DNA of 64,000 nt. Origin: Polyangiales bacterium. Its GTDB lineage: Bacteria; Myxococcota_A; Polyangia; Polyangiales; JADJQN01. Below, piece by piece: positions 1 through 10,389 of this stretch (its first letter is position 1; each line of letters begins with the position of its first letter). The notes beneath the pieces are model-generated. The model ran no database searches, was not told where the DNA came from, and saw only the letters and a program-made list of their open reading frames with translations. The translations under genes and the position numbers were made by a program. The stretch lies in the NCBI GenBank assembly GCA_964202905.1, contig CAXNJO010000003.1:416001-480000 (forward strand). Reading direction: 5' to 3'.

Positions 1-553
1 GCACGTCGCGACGCGCACGCCGGAGCAGAGCGCGAGCGCGCTCCCCGGTGACGCCTTCGCGCTCGATGGGACGCCGTCACAGGCGCGGCTCGGGCAGCGC
101 CGCGGGCTCGCGTGGGTCGAGGGCGAGCACACCGTGCGCGTGCGCCTCGCGGGCACGACACGCACGCTCCCCTCCCGCGGCGATCGCCTCGTGCGCGCGG
201 AGCTCTCTCCCGACGCGCGCTTCGTCGTCGTCGAGTCGCTGACTTCGGACCTCACGCTGCACCGCCTCGCGGACGGCGTGCGCATCTCCCTCGGCCCGGG
301 CCACGCAGCGCATTTCGACGCCGACGGCCGCGCGCTCGTCTTCGACCGCACGCGAGGATGACGGCCACGCGCTCGTCGAGAGCGACGTCTACCTCGTCGA
401 CCTCGACGCGCCGACGCGCGTGCGCCCGCTCGCCACGAGCGCGCGCCTCGAGCGCAACCCGAGCCTCGCGCGCTTCGACGCGCAGGGCCGCGGGCTAGCG
501 CCGCGTGGGAGCGCGAGGGCGCGATCGTCGTCGCGGAGATCGCGCTGCGCTGA
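1..553 (+). CDS. 3' part of a TolB/WD40-like beta-propeller protein (truncated by window edge; apparent frameshifts near 352 and 500)
   Basis: Joined frames read ...AELSPDARFVVVES...AAHFDADGRALVFDRT / EDDGHALVESDVYLVDLDAP..ERNPSL / AAWEREGAIVVAEIALR*, with TGA at 551-553. The SPD/DADG repeats are typical of PD40 propellers. Confidence 0.5.
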
Positions 554-580
554 GCCTCACCGCCCCGCCAGCCCGCGTGA

Positions 581-1210
581 CGCGGCGCGCCGCACTACGC
601 GCGCCTGCTCCCGCAGCGCGTCGCGATCGGCACCGCGCGGCTCGGTCTGCGCGGCGACGAGGGTGAGCGCCGCGTCGCCGCGCACCGCTTCCGCAGCGGC
701 TTCGTGCACACCTTCGACGATGTGCGCCGCGCGCATCCCGGCGGCATCGCGCCCGAGGCCGCCGTCTGGCTCTGGAAACGCACGCTCGATCTGCTCGGCT
801 GGATCCACCGCAGCGGCTACGTCCACGGCGCCGTGCTGCCCGCACACCTGCTCGCGCACGCCCGCGATCATGGCGTGGTGCTCGTCGGTTTCTCCCGCGC
901 GGTGCCACCGGGCACGCCGCTCCCCGCGTTCAGCGCCACGCATGAATCTCATTATCCCGACGACATCTGGCAGGGCGGCCCCGCGCGCCCCGCGACGGAC
1001 ATCGCGATGAGCGCCCGCGCGATTCTGATGCTGCTCGGCGGCGACGTCCGACGCGCCCCGTCGTCCGTGCCCGCTGCGCTCGCCACGCTGCTCGAGGCGC
1101 AGGCGGCGAATTCGGCCTCCGACGACGCCTGCGCCGTGCGCGACGCGCTCGATGCGGCGGCTCGCGAGGCGTTCGGCGCGCCAAAATTCACCCATTTCCC
1201 CCATGAATGA
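581..1210 (+). pseudogene. 5'-truncated protein-kinase-like gene (C-terminal half only)
   Basis: The frame is open from an in-frame TGA at 578-580: GAPHYARLLPQ...RFRSGFVHTFDDV...AVWLWKRTLDLLGWIHRSGYVHGAVLPAHLL...GVVLVGFS...ATDIAMSA. This is a kinase-fold C-lobe with no N-lobe or proper start. The stop lies inside the IS left end. Confidence 0.55.
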
Positions 1211-2629
1211 TCGGTTAAAGCGCGCGCCTTCGAGAAAGCTTGTTCTTCGCGCGGGCGGGGGCCTTCCAGCCGCGGAGTTGATCGAGAATCGATGGCTTGC
1301 TCCTCCAGTTCGGGTCCTTTCCCACGTGCACGATCACGGCGGCGAGGTGTTCCCACTCACGGGCGGCGGCTTCGCCCTCGAGGTGGAACGCACACGCGAT
1401 GCGGTAGGCACATTGCGCGACCATGAGCGCAACGAGCCGGTGGTGCAGCGGTGCCTCGTTCCGCGGACCTGCGGCGGGCCGATGCGCCAGGTTGTGTCGG
1501 TGGACGATCGAGCCGATCAGGACCGACGCGATCATGGAGGCGTGCAGCAGCGCGTTCACGGCCGCAGGGCGCTGCGCGTCGATCTCGTCGAGTCGCAGAT
1601 TCGACTTGTCGAGTTTGTTGCTGCTCTCGACCTCCCAGCGCACGCGGTAGAGGTCGGCCACCGAGTGCGGGCCGACCGAGCGCGGCAGGTTCGTCAGGTA
1701 GAAGCGATGACCTTTGGTAGGCGCGAGCACGCCGACGAGTCGCATCGGGAGCGCGTCGCCCCCGAGGGTGACGTCGACGTCGATGACGTTGCCGACTTCG
1801 AGGAAGACGTCATCGAGGAAGAGGTCGAGATCGGTCCCTGGCACGAAGGTCTTCTTGAGGTCGGCGCGGGCGACTCTGGTGACCTTCGGCTTCCAGTTGT
1901 GCTTGAGCCGAACAACCACTTTCACGCCGAACTCCTGGCACCGTCGCAGGCGCTCGAAGCTTGCGTAGCCGAGGTCGACCAGGAGCCCCATCCCGCGCCA
2001 GCTCTCGTCGATCGTGAGATGGGTCGAGTCGTGTTCGCGCGCGGGACTGAAGTGGTAGTCGACGACCGTGCCGCAGCCGACCGAGACCGTCTTGTGAACC
2101 TTCACCGCGGCGTAGTCACCCGCGCCGGGATACACGGCCTGCAGCGCGGGATGGAGCTTCACCGTCGTGCTGTCGACGATGCGCCAGTCACGCACGCCGC
2201 CGAGCACACCGGGGAGATCCACCTCCTGGGCTCGCGCGAACGAGAGCGCGATCTGCGCGAGCTCCGCGGTCGCCTTCTCGAGCGGTGGCCCGAACCAGTC
2301 GTAGAACGAGCCGCGAGCGATCCTCGGCGCGCCCGCCTCGAAGTACTGCCGCATCATGTCGGCCTGGCGTCCGCCCGAGGGGCTCGACGCCGACACCAGC
2401 ATCGTGCGCAGAAACGTCAGCGCGTCGCGCTTCCGGTCGCGCTGGTGGAAGCCCGTCGCGGTCGCGACCTCCAGCAGCACCTCGTCCGGAAGCAGGGTCC
2501 GCAGCAAATCCTGAAGTTCGGCTCCGTCCATGGTGGCGGAGAAGATCAGGTCCCCGCGCGACCCGCAACCTGGTTCGGCAGCGAGGACGCAACCGATCGA
2601 ACTCGTTCAGTTTTTTGTTAACCGGCCAT
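1207..2629 (-). mobile_element. IS4-family insertion sequence (~1.42 kb)
   Basis: Imperfect terminal inverted repeats: ATGATCGGTTAA (1207-1218) versus the reverse complement of 2618-2629, ATGGCCGGTTAA (10/12 match). They enclose a single DDE transposase. No target-site duplication is visible. Confidence 0.75.
1215..2531 (-). CDS. IS4-family DDE transposase
   Basis: 438 aa with IVDST, VDLGY and the IS4 YREK signature [15 protein letters not shown]. Confidence 0.9.
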   Translation of the reverse strand: MDGAELQDLLRTLLPDEVLLEVATATGFHQRDRKRDALTFLRTMLVSASSPSGGRQADMMRQYFEAGAPRIARGSFYDWFGPPLEKATAELAQIALSFARAQEVDLPGVLGGVRDWRIVDSTTVKLHPALQAVYPGAGDYAAVKVHKTVSVGCGTVVDYHFSPAREHDSTHLTIDESWRGMGLLVDLGYASFERLRRCQEFGVKVVVRLKHNWKPKVTRVARADLKKTFVPGTDLDLFLDDVFLEVGNVIDVDVTLGGDALPMRLVGVLAPTKGHRFYLTNLPRSVGPHSVADLYRVRWEVESSNKLDKSNLRLDEIDAQRPAAVNALLHASMIASVLIGSIVHRHNLAHRPAAGPRNEAPLHHRLVALMVAQCAYRIACAFHLEGEAAAREWEHLAAVIVHVGKDPNWRSKPSILDQLRGWKAPARAKNKLSRRRAL

Positions 2630-4676
2630 CTATGGACCTCCGCGAGTCGCGCGCACACGCCGCATAGCCGATGAGGGGGCGCGCGGCGGGGATGCGATGC
2701 AGCTCACCGTCGCGATGGCGCACCTCGACGGGCGTGAGCGCGGGGAGCGCGCGGCGCACGGCGTCTCGTCCGCCGAGCAGCGCGACGCACTCACGGCGCA
2801 TCGGGCCGGGGCCCACGTCGACGCCCGGATGCGCGGCGAGGTCTTCGTCGGAGAAGGACCAGCACGGCATGCCGATCCAGACGCGACACGTCGCGAGATC
2901 CGTGGGATTCGAGAATACGATTCTCGGGCGTGATGAAAGCAGGTATTCCGGGTAATCGGAGAGCACTTGGTCGCTCAGGCGATAGGGCGGGATTCGGACG
3001 GTCCGCAAGCCTTGCGGGGCGGCGCGCGCGACGGCCCACTGCGTCGCGGTCGCGTCGGGGCGGCCGGCGTCGACGAGGCCCGAGAACGACGTGCCGACGA
3101 GGAGCAGCGACGCGACGGCGCCGAGCACGACGCGATGCGCGCGACGCCGCGCGAACAGCACGACGGCGCCCGCGAGGACGAAGTGCGCGAGGTGCGCGCC
3201 CGCGGCGTAGCGGATGACGTCGCGGCGCGCCGCGGCGACGAGCGCCGCCGTGACGAGCGTCACCGCGCCGAAGAGCGCGAGGGCGACGAGCGCGCGCGGA
3301 CGGCGTCGCCAGACGACGGCCGCGGCACCGAGCGCCGCGAGCGGCACGAGCGCAGGCGCGGCGAGCGACGGATCGAAGAGCCCCGAGCGCCGCCCGAGCA
3401 CCGCATGAAACGGCAGCTCGCCCCGCGCGAAATCCCACGACGACGCCGCCGAGGAGAGCCCCGCGAGCGAGCGCGCGTGCAACGCCGCCGCGAGCGCGCA
3501 CCACGCGACCACGCACGACACGTGCACGCCGAGCCCGCGCAGCGACGCGGGCCGTGCGAGCGCCATCGCGACGAGCGCGACCCCGAGCGCGAAGGACGGC
3601 GCCGTCCAGCCGAGCTCGAGCGAGGCCGCCGTCGCGAGCCCTGCCACCCAGACGGCACGCACGCGCGAGGCGCGGCTGCGCGCCACCTCGAGGGCGTGGA
3701 CGACGCCCGTGAGCCCGAGCAGGGCGAGCAGCGCGGCGAGCACGAGCATCGTCTCCGAGCCCGACGCGCGCACGTGCGAGGGATGGAGCGCGAGGCCGAG
3801 CCCCGCGACGACGCCCGCCGCGAGCGAGCCGAGGAGCGCGCGCGTGAAGACGACCAGGAGCGCCGACGTCGTGGCGCCGGCGAGCGCCGCGAGCGCGAAG
3901 GGCGCGCGCCAGTCGCCCCCGGCGAGGGCCGCCATCGGGCGCACGAGCTGCGCATACGCGACCCCGTAGCGCGTGGACTCGTCGGGCCCGATCGCCCCCG
4001 GCGTCACGAGCCCGCGCACCGTCGCCGTGCCGTGATCGTTCGAGTGCAGCGGCGCCCACGGCGTGACGACGACGCGCAGCGCGAGCGCGAGCGCGAAGAC
4101 GCCGAGCGTCGCGGTGAGGGCCGGCGCCGCGTGCCTCCGCGCGCGCGGGCTGCGACGGATGCGACGGGTTGAACGCACGGCGAGCGCGCCGAGCAGCGCC
4201 AGCAGCGCGGCCCAGCCTGCAACGCGCCGCGCATCGTCGGGCCAACCGAGCGGCGTCGCGTTCACGCGCGGGCCAGCGTCCTGCCGCGGTTCCAGTCCGC
4301 GCGCCCAGAAACGTCCGTCGTCGCGCGCCCGGACACGCGACGCGAGCGCCGCAGCGACGGATTCGCTGCGCGTCTCGCCGACCAGGTCGAAGCTCGGTGT
4401 CTGCACGCGCGTCGAGGCGCCGCCCGCATCTCGCGGGACGAGCGAGAGCGCGTGTTCCGCGCCGGCGGCGTCGCGCAGCGCCACCTCGATCGAACGCTCT
4501 CGGATCTGCACGCCGAGGATGCGCGTGCCATCGGACAGCGGCCCGCCCGCGATGACGAGCGCCGAGACGGCCACCTCGCTGCCCGGTCCGAGCACCTGCG
4601 CGTGCCCGATCGACGACACCGCGAGCGCGGCGAACGCCGCGAACACGGCGGGCAGCAGCGCGGGCCACGTCGCCAC
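2607..4676 (-). CDS. Multi-TM membrane protein, probable GT-C (ArnT/PMT-like) glycosyltransferase
   Basis: 689 aa with many hydrophobic helices and motifs LALALRV..PLHSNDHG, ALHPSHVRASGSE, IRY. The C-terminal residues and stop run into the IS end. Start uncertain. Confidence 0.6.
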   Translation of the reverse strand: MATWPALLPAVFAAFAALAVSSIGHAQVLGPGSEVAVSALVIAGGPLSDGTRILGVQIRERSIEVALRDAAGAEHALSLVPRDAGGASTRVQTPSFDLVGETRSESVAAALASRVRARDDGRFWARGLEPRQDAGPRVNATPLGWPDDARRVAGWAALLALLGALAVRSTRRIRRSPRARRHAAPALTATLGVFALALALRVVVTPWAPLHSNDHGTATVRGLVTPGAIGPDESTRYGVAYAQLVRPMAALAGGDWRAPFALAALAGATTSALLVVFTRALLGSLAAGVVAGLGLALHPSHVRASGSETMLVLAALLALLGLTGVVHALEVARSRASRVRAVWVAGLATAASLELGWTAPSFALGVALVAMALARPASLRGLGVHVSCVVAWCALAAALHARSLAGLSSAASSWDFARGELPFHAVLGRRSGLFDPSLAAPALVPLAALGAAAVVWRRRPRALVALALFGAVTLVTAALVAAARRDVIRYAAGAHLAHFVLAGAVVLFARRRAHRVVLGAVASLLLVGTSFSGLVDAGRPDATATQWAVARAAPQGLRTVRIPPYRLSDQVLSDYPEYLLSSRPRIVFSNPTDLATCRVWIGMPCWSFSDEDLAAHPGVDVGPGPMRRECVALLGGRDAVRRALPALTPVEVRHRDGELHRIPAARPLIGYAACARDSRRSIDGRLTKN

Positions 4677-4856
4677 CCGGGCGCGCGCGACGTCGGAGGC
4701 GGACGCGGACCACGGAAGCGGGCGCGCGCATCGGGTTCACGGGGCGACGCTCACGGAGCCGAGCGCGGAAGTCAACGACGGCGCGGCCCGTGTGCCCGCG
4801 CGGCGCACACGGCATCGCGGCGACGCGACGCCCGAGCGGACAGGCGCGCTTCCACC

Positions 4857-5438
4857 CTAGGGCACGCCCAACATCCGCAGCAGCTCGAGCGGGCTCGTGC
4901 CCGACGCGAACAGACCGACACCGCCGCCGAGCAGGAGCGCGAGCACGACGATGAGCAGCGAGGTCCGCGCCGGCGGCGCGGCGCGCTCGGCGAGGCGAAC
5001 GGGGTTCTTGCGCAGGAGTCGGCGCGCGAGCACGCGGGCCATCGGGCTCTCTTCGGCGACGCCGAGCACCGCGGCCATGCAGCGGATCGCGACGCGGGCG
5101 GCCGCGGGGTCGCCCTCCTTCGCGACCTCGGAGGCCGCGAGCGCGGCGACGAGGCCGAGGTTCGGCGGGAGCGCGCCGACCGCGTCGGCGGCCCCCAGCT
5201 CCGCGTAGATGCGGCGCCAGTCGTTCTTGTCGAGCAGGGCCTCGAGCGGCTCGAGCCGCGGATCGGGGCTGGTCACGCGGCGGACGGATCGCTCGCCCCC
5301 GGCGGCGGGAGAGGCCTGCGGCTGCGCGCCCTCGACGGGGGCGAGCGGCAGCCGCGCATCCGGCGAGACGTGGTCCACGGTGAGGTCCTGCCCCGAGGGG
5401 TCGTCCGAGGCGGGCTCCACCCGCGGGTCGTGCTTCAT
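4857..5438 (-). CDS. Hypothetical protein with C-terminal TM helix
   Basis: 193 aa ATG-started ORF with coding-like GC3 bias and a hydrophobic C-terminal segment. Confidence 0.6.
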   Translation of the reverse strand: MKHDPRVEPASDDPSGQDLTVDHVSPDARLPLAPVEGAQPQASPAAGGERSVRRVTSPDPRLEPLEALLDKNDWRRIYAELGAADAVGALPPNLGLVAALAASEVAKEGDPAAARVAIRCMAAVLGVAEESPMARVLARRLLRKNPVRLAERAAPPARTSLLIVVLALLLGGGVGLFASGTSPLELLRMLGVP

Positions 5439-5532
5439 GGCGCCGCTACGCTCGCACGCGGCGCGCGCGATCGACCACGCCGCCCGCTCGCGAATGTCTC
5501 CGGCCAGCGCGCGCCCCCGCGGGCCGTCGGCC

Positions 5533-6405
5533 TCACCACACGAACGACGCCGACACCATCGCGCCGCCCGCGAGCGGCGCCGCGCCGAACGACGTCAGGC
5601 CCCCGTCCGCAGCCCGCGCGCGGCGGCCGTGAAGGAGGAGCGGCACGGCAACGCCGACGGCCGCGCCCAGCACCGCGCCGGTGAGCACATCGCTCAGGTA
5701 GTGCTTGTCGGCGGCGATGCGGAGGTAGCCGCTCACGGACGCGAGCGCGAGGCCGCTCGCCCAGATCGCGGGCGCGAGGCGGTATCCGCGCTGCGTGGCG
5801 ACGGTCCCCGCGGCGACGGCCAGCGCGAACGGAAACGCGGTGTGCCCCGAGTAAAACGAGAGGTCGTTGTCCGCCGGGACGGCCGTGGCGCGCTTCTCGG
5901 ACTCCGGGAGCGCGTGCACGAACGGCCGCTCCCGCCCGACGAGGAACTTCACGCTCTGGTTGAGCGCCATCGCGAGCGCCGTCGCCTCGGCGACGACGAG
6001 CGCGTCCACCCAGAAGCCGCCGAGCGCGCCCGCGTCGTGCGCCGCGAGCGCGTCGAGCCCGAAGACGAGCACCGGCGCGAGCCCGAGCGCCGTCACGTAG
6101 CTGAGCGTGTCGGCGAGGCCGCGACCGTCGCGCCAGCGGAGCGCGTCGCGGGCCGCCGCGTCGAAGCCCGGCGGCTCGCACCAGCGGCAGCCCTCGGGCG
6201 CGAGCGCGCCCTTGAGGAGTTCGGTCGCGACCCACAGCGCGGCGGCGCCCCCGGTGATCGCGAGGTCGCGCGGCAGGTCGTACGAGAGCGCGTGCGGCGC
6301 AGCGGGGTCCTGGGCGCGGACGCGCGCCGGCGACCCGCCCACGATCACGAACAGAGCGAGCGCGAGGACGGCGGGCAGCGGGGCGAGGCAGCGGGGCGGG
6401 GTCAC
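5533..6405 (-). CDS. PAP2-family phosphatase
   Basis: PAP2 motifs KFLVGRERP, SFYSGH and RIAADKHYLSD. Probable GTG start at 6405 followed by a signal-like segment. Confidence 0.85.
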   Translation of the reverse strand: MTPPRCLAPLPAVLALALFVIVGGSPARVRAQDPAAPHALSYDLPRDLAITGGAAALWVATELLKGALAPEGCRWCEPPGFDAAARDALRWRDGRGLADTLSYVTALGLAPVLVFGLDALAAHDAGALGGFWVDALVVAEATALAMALNQSVKFLVGRERPFVHALPESEKRATAVPADNDLSFYSGHTAFPFALAVAAGTVATQRGYRLAPAIWASGLALASVSGYLRIAADKHYLSDVLTGAVLGAAVGVAVPLLLHGRRARAADGGLTSFGAAPLAGGAMVSASFVW

Positions 6406-6656
6406 CGCGCGACGCTGCCGAAGGTGCGCGTCGGGGTCAACTCCGCGCGCTCCTCCGGTCGCCGAATCCGGCCCGCCCGTCGGCGTCCCCGCGCCGGACG
6501 AATCCACCTGCCCCGCCACGAACGCCCCCCCGCCGAGGCTCTTCCCAACGACGAACCCACTTCGAGAATGGCACTCTCTCATCCATCGATCGCCGCGAAG
6601 AATCTGATTCTCGACAACCCCTGACTCCAGGCGCGGCGATCCCGCGCGCCTCGTGC

Positions 6657-7301
6657 TCATGAACCGCGACGCTCGGCGGCGTCGAGGTCGAAGCGCTGCG
6701 TGAACACGCTCGCGAAGCAGAAGGCGGCGACCTGCCAGAACCACACGCTCGCCCAGAGAAAGCCGATGCCGAACGCGAGCAGACCGACGCAGGACGCGAG
6801 CATCGTCGGGAGCACGATGGCCCATGCGTGGAGGTAGGGGCGGCCGCCCTGCACGACGCGGCGAAGCGCGCGCGAGGGATCGAAGATCTCGCGCGGGTCG
6901 AATTCGCGGCAGTAGTGGGACATGTATCCGGGGATCGCGATCACCGCGAGCAGGGTGAGCAGAAGTCCCAGGGCGACGACGGGCCGCGCGAGCGAGACTG
7001 GGAGGACGCGGGACACGGCGAGCAGGAGCACGCCCGGCGCGCCGTAGCAAGCCATCCCGAGAAAGGTGATGAGGCCGTGTCGCAGCAGCTCGCCCGGCGC
7101 ATCCCACGCCGGCCACGGCGCCTCGCCGCGGTGCAGGCGGTGCACGACGCGGATGCGATGCCCCATGTTCATCAGCCAACCCACCACGGGCACCAGCAGC
7201 CACAGGCCGCCAATCCAGAGATCACGCCGCGACGCCGGCGATTGCAGAGGGAACCGCCAAGCGCGCGCGAGCGTGAGCGGGCCACGGAGGTCGGTGCGCA
7301 T
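6657..7301 (-). CDS. DUF4013-like membrane protein
   Basis: ATG at 7301. Reads AWRFP...LWIGGLWLLVPVVGWLMNMGH...PWPAWD..GELLRHG with 4 TM helices. Confidence 0.65.
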   Translation of the reverse strand: MRTDLRGPLTLARAWRFPLQSPASRRDLWIGGLWLLVPVVGWLMNMGHRIRVVHRLHRGEAPWPAWDAPGELLRHGLITFLGMACYGAPGVLLLAVSRVLPVSLARPVVALGLLLTLLAVIAIPGYMSHYCREFDPREIFDPSRALRRVVQGGRPYLHAWAIVLPTMLASCVGLLAFGIGFLWASVWFWQVAAFCFASVFTQRFDLDAAERRGS

Positions 7302-7552
7302 GCGCCGCCGAGCTTGCCAGCGCACGTTGCGGCGCGACAAGGGCGCGGGCCCCGGCACACGACCGCGCGGCCCGCGCTGCGTCGCGGACCTGCATCGCCC
7401 CGCCCGGGCTCACGGATCGCGCGCCGCCGGGTTGTGCGCGCGGGGGCTGGACCGGCAGGCACGCGCGGGGCCCGGACTCGGAACATTCCGGCCCGAGGGG
7501 GAAGCACGCCCCACGCGGGGAACGCCAACGAATCCGCGCGGTGCAGCGCAGC

Positions 7553-8630
7553 TCAGAAGGCCCACGCCGGGTCGGCGAGCGTCGCGGCGGCGACCTCGCG
7601 CAGGGCCGCGGCCACGCCGGGGGCGAGCCCGAGCGCGTCGGGCAGTGCGCGCGGGTCGAGTCCCGCCACGGTGCCCGCGATCACGCAGCCCGCGAGGTAG
7701 GAGCCCCGCGCGGAGGGGTGCGAGCCGTCGTCCGCGTAGAGCGCGAGGAAATCGCTGCCCGCCGCGAGCGGGTCGAGCCCCGACGCGAGGACGGCAGCGT
7801 GCACCCGCGCGAAGGCGGCGCCGACGGGCGCGATGCGCACGCGGGCTCCGGTGCCGGCGGCCGCGGCCGCGAGCGCGCGATAGCCCTCTTCGAGGCGCGC
7901 CTCCATCGTCACGAAGTCGGGATACAGCGCGGGATTCATCGCGTCGCCGCGTGCGCGGCCCCACGTCGCGTAGAGCACGACCGCGGCGCCCCGCGCGAGG
8001 GCGAGCCGCGCGAGGGCGGTGGCGCCCTCCTCGGAGGCGAGGCGTGGCGCGGAACCCTCGGGGAAACCGGGCGTCTGGCTCTGCTCCTGCAACACGACGA
8101 CGTCCCACGAGGTGGCCTCGGGCGCGCCGGTACGAAAATGGCCCGCGAGCGCGGTGCCGTCGGTCGCCGCGTCGCGCGCATGCTGCGCGAGCGTGTACCC
8201 GCCCGCGGTCACCGACTCGATGCGCACCGGGCGCGGCGGCCGCGCGTCCGCGAAGGAACGGTAAAGCGCAGGCAGATCGTTCACGTAGGTGTAGCTGTTG
8301 CCGACGAAGAGAAGCGCATGCCCATCCGCGAGCAGCGATCCCGCGCCCGCGTCGTCGGCCGCTCCGGCCTCGGACGCCGCACCCGCATCGCCCGTCGCGC
8401 CCGCATCCGCGGCCGCGCCTGCCTCGCCCGCTGCGCCCGCATCCCCTGCCGCGCCCGCGTCGGATTCCGCGGCAGGGGCCGCGTCGCGCGGGGCTGCCGC
8501 GTCCATCGCCGTCCCGGCATCGCGGGGTGGCACGGCGTCCGCGCCGCAGCCGCCGAGGAGCGCGAGGGAGAGGACGGCGAGCGCGAGGGCCGGGTGCAGC
8601 GCGCGCGGGGCGCCGGGGTTCGTGGCTCAC
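7553..8630 (-). CDS. SGNH/GDSL-hydrolase lipoprotein with DAG-repeat linker (probable frameshift near 8600-8627)
   Basis: Motifs LFVGNSYT, VVLQEQS and DGSHPS..GSYL. Lipobox LLGGC lies upstream of the called GTG. A GTG at 8630, preceded by TAGACT, is one base out of frame. Confidence 0.75.
8340..8465 (-). repeat. Degenerate 18-nt coding tandem repeat (DAGAAG/EAGAAA linker)
   Basis: Peptide SDAGAAGDAGAAGEAGAAADAGATGDAGAASEAGAADDAGAG. Confidence 0.7.
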
Positions 8631-8674
8631 GCGGGCGAGTCTAACCCACATCGATCGTGGAGTGAGCGACGGAT

Positions 8675-8693
8675 TCGAGAATGGGATTCTCGA
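8675..8693. promoter_or_regulatory. Perfect 8-3-8 palindrome TCGAGAAT-GGG-ATTCTCGA, candidate transcription-factor site
   Basis: Lies in an AT-rich intergenic patch upstream of the SGNH gene. Related copies occur at 2910-2926, 6562-6578 and 6597-6614. Confidence 0.5.
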
Positions 8694-8795
8694 TACCTAT
8701 TTTCGGAGTCTGCGCATTGGTGGCAAATCCACGTCGGCGACGCGCGACGTACGCGGCGTCCGCGCACATGCCTCCGCCGAGCGTCTCGCAGACCG

Positions 8796-9297
8796 TCACC
8801 CCGACCGTGCGATGCCGTGCACCGCGTCCGCGAGTGCGGCGCGCAGGAGGTGCATCTGCACGTGGCCGAAGCCCTGCCCCACGAAGGACGCGCCGTAAAC
8901 GAGGCCCGCGACGAGGGCCGCGCCGGGGACGACGACGAGCGCCGTGGGCGACTGACCGAGGCTGAGCTGCACGCCGCCGAAGAGGAGCGCGACGAAGGCG
9001 ACGGCGGTGAGCAACCCGAGGCCGAGCACGTAGAACGGCCACACGTACGGGTCGGGCCCGAAGCGCGCGTGGAGCACGCAGCACGCCCCCGGCGTGCGCC
9101 TCGACCTTCACGACGAGCTGAGGCGAATCGAAATGGTTGTCGGCGGCAGCGATCGCGATTTCGAGCCGGTGCTCGAAGGCGATCCCGCGCAGGTGCGGGT
9201 TGCCGTGTAAGAGCGCCTGGACGACGTCGCGCACCTCGGTGGGCGCGAGGGTTGTCGCGAGCTGGAAGCGAGGCCTCGGTCGCGGTCGTGCCGACAT
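8796..9297 (-). CDS. Conserved 2-TM hypothetical protein (frameshift near 9080)
   Basis: MSARPRPRPRFQL...NHFDSPQLVVKVE..GGVL joins LHARFGPDPYVWPFY..2 TM..GQGFGHVQM in another frame. Confidence 0.6.
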
Positions 9298-9481
9298 GGT
9301 CCCTCCCCGCGGGCGACGGCCCGCTGTGGGATCCATTCGTCCGGGTGGAGGCGCGGGCAAGCCCCCGCTGCCGCGCACCGGCTGCGCGGGACGAGGCCCT
9401 GCGGCGCGCGATCGCGGCGCAGGAGGGCTCGAACGAGCGCGCGCGCATCCCGCGGCGGCTCTCGACGCGGACCCCGCGCCC

Positions 9482-10156
9482 TCAGAAATAGGTCTCGAAG
9501 AACCGCGCCTCGTCGGCGGAGAGCGGTCGCTGCGCGAGGCCTGTTGCCATCGCCAACGATGGCAAATGGTGCTGGTTCGCGTCCGGCACGCGCGCGAAGC
9601 CGACGCGCTCGTAGACGGCGGGGTCCACCTCGGAGAAGAGCAGAAAACGCGTCGACGCGTCCTGCTCGCGCAGCAGCGCGAGCACCCCGGAGAGCAGGTG
9701 CGTGGCATGCCCCTGGCGTCGGCGCGCGGCCGCGGTCGCGACCGACGCGATGCCGACGAGCCCGCGCCGGAACCGCAGCGTGTTGAGACCGGCGAACGCG
9801 ACCCCCTCGAGCGACTCGAGCACGTAGCGCGTGCCGCGCAGGTGATCGCGCGAGGTCGCGTAGCTGGCGACGAAGTCCTCGAGCGATCGGCCCGCTCCCC
9901 ACGCGTCGTGGCCGAACGGGAGCACGGTGGCTTCGTCCTCGGGCATCACGACGCGGATCGTCGCGCGCGGCGCGAAGCGGGCGCGACCGGAGGCATCCTC
10001 CTCGTGGAACATCGCCGCGGGCCGCACCCAGGCGGCGCCGCGGGGCGCGTCGTAGAGGCAGAGATAGCGCTCGAGGAGCTCCTCGGTCTCGCTGTGCCGC
10101 GCGGGCCCGAGCCCGAGGTAGAGACCGCCTTTGCTGTGCTCGTAGATCGTCCACAT
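9482..10156 (-). CDS. DUF1653-like domain fused to a GNAT acetyltransferase
   Basis: N-terminal YEHSKGGLY..LG.ARHSETEELL..YLCLY....WVRPAAMF matches the DUF1653 pattern. C-terminal IASVAT...RRRQGHA and YERVGF match GNAT motifs A and B. Confidence 0.75.
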   Translation of the reverse strand: MWTIYEHSKGGLYLGLGPARHSETEELLERYLCLYDAPRGAAWVRPAAMFHEEDASGRARFAPRATIRVVMPEDEATVLPFGHDAWGAGRSLEDFVASYATSRDHLRGTRYVLESLEGVAFAGLNTLRFRRGLVGIASVATAAARRRQGHATHLLSGVLALLREQDASTRFLLFSEVDPAVYERVGFARVPDANQHHLPSLAMATGLAQRPLSADEARFFETYF

Positions 10157-10389
10157 CGCGAAGGGCTCCGGTGCGATCGGCCTCGGTCGGCCGCGGGTCG
10201 ACACGCGCGGACACGGACGGGTCGCACGCCCGCTGCCCTGCGCGTCGGGGAGCGTCGCGGATCTCGCGGCGCGAGGGAACCACGAAGCACGCGGTGTCGC
10301 CCCCGGGGGCCTCGCACGACGCGCCGCGCGCGGCAGGCCGACGTCGCCGGTTGACGCGGCCGCCCGCGGCGTGACACGCAGGAGGCGGC

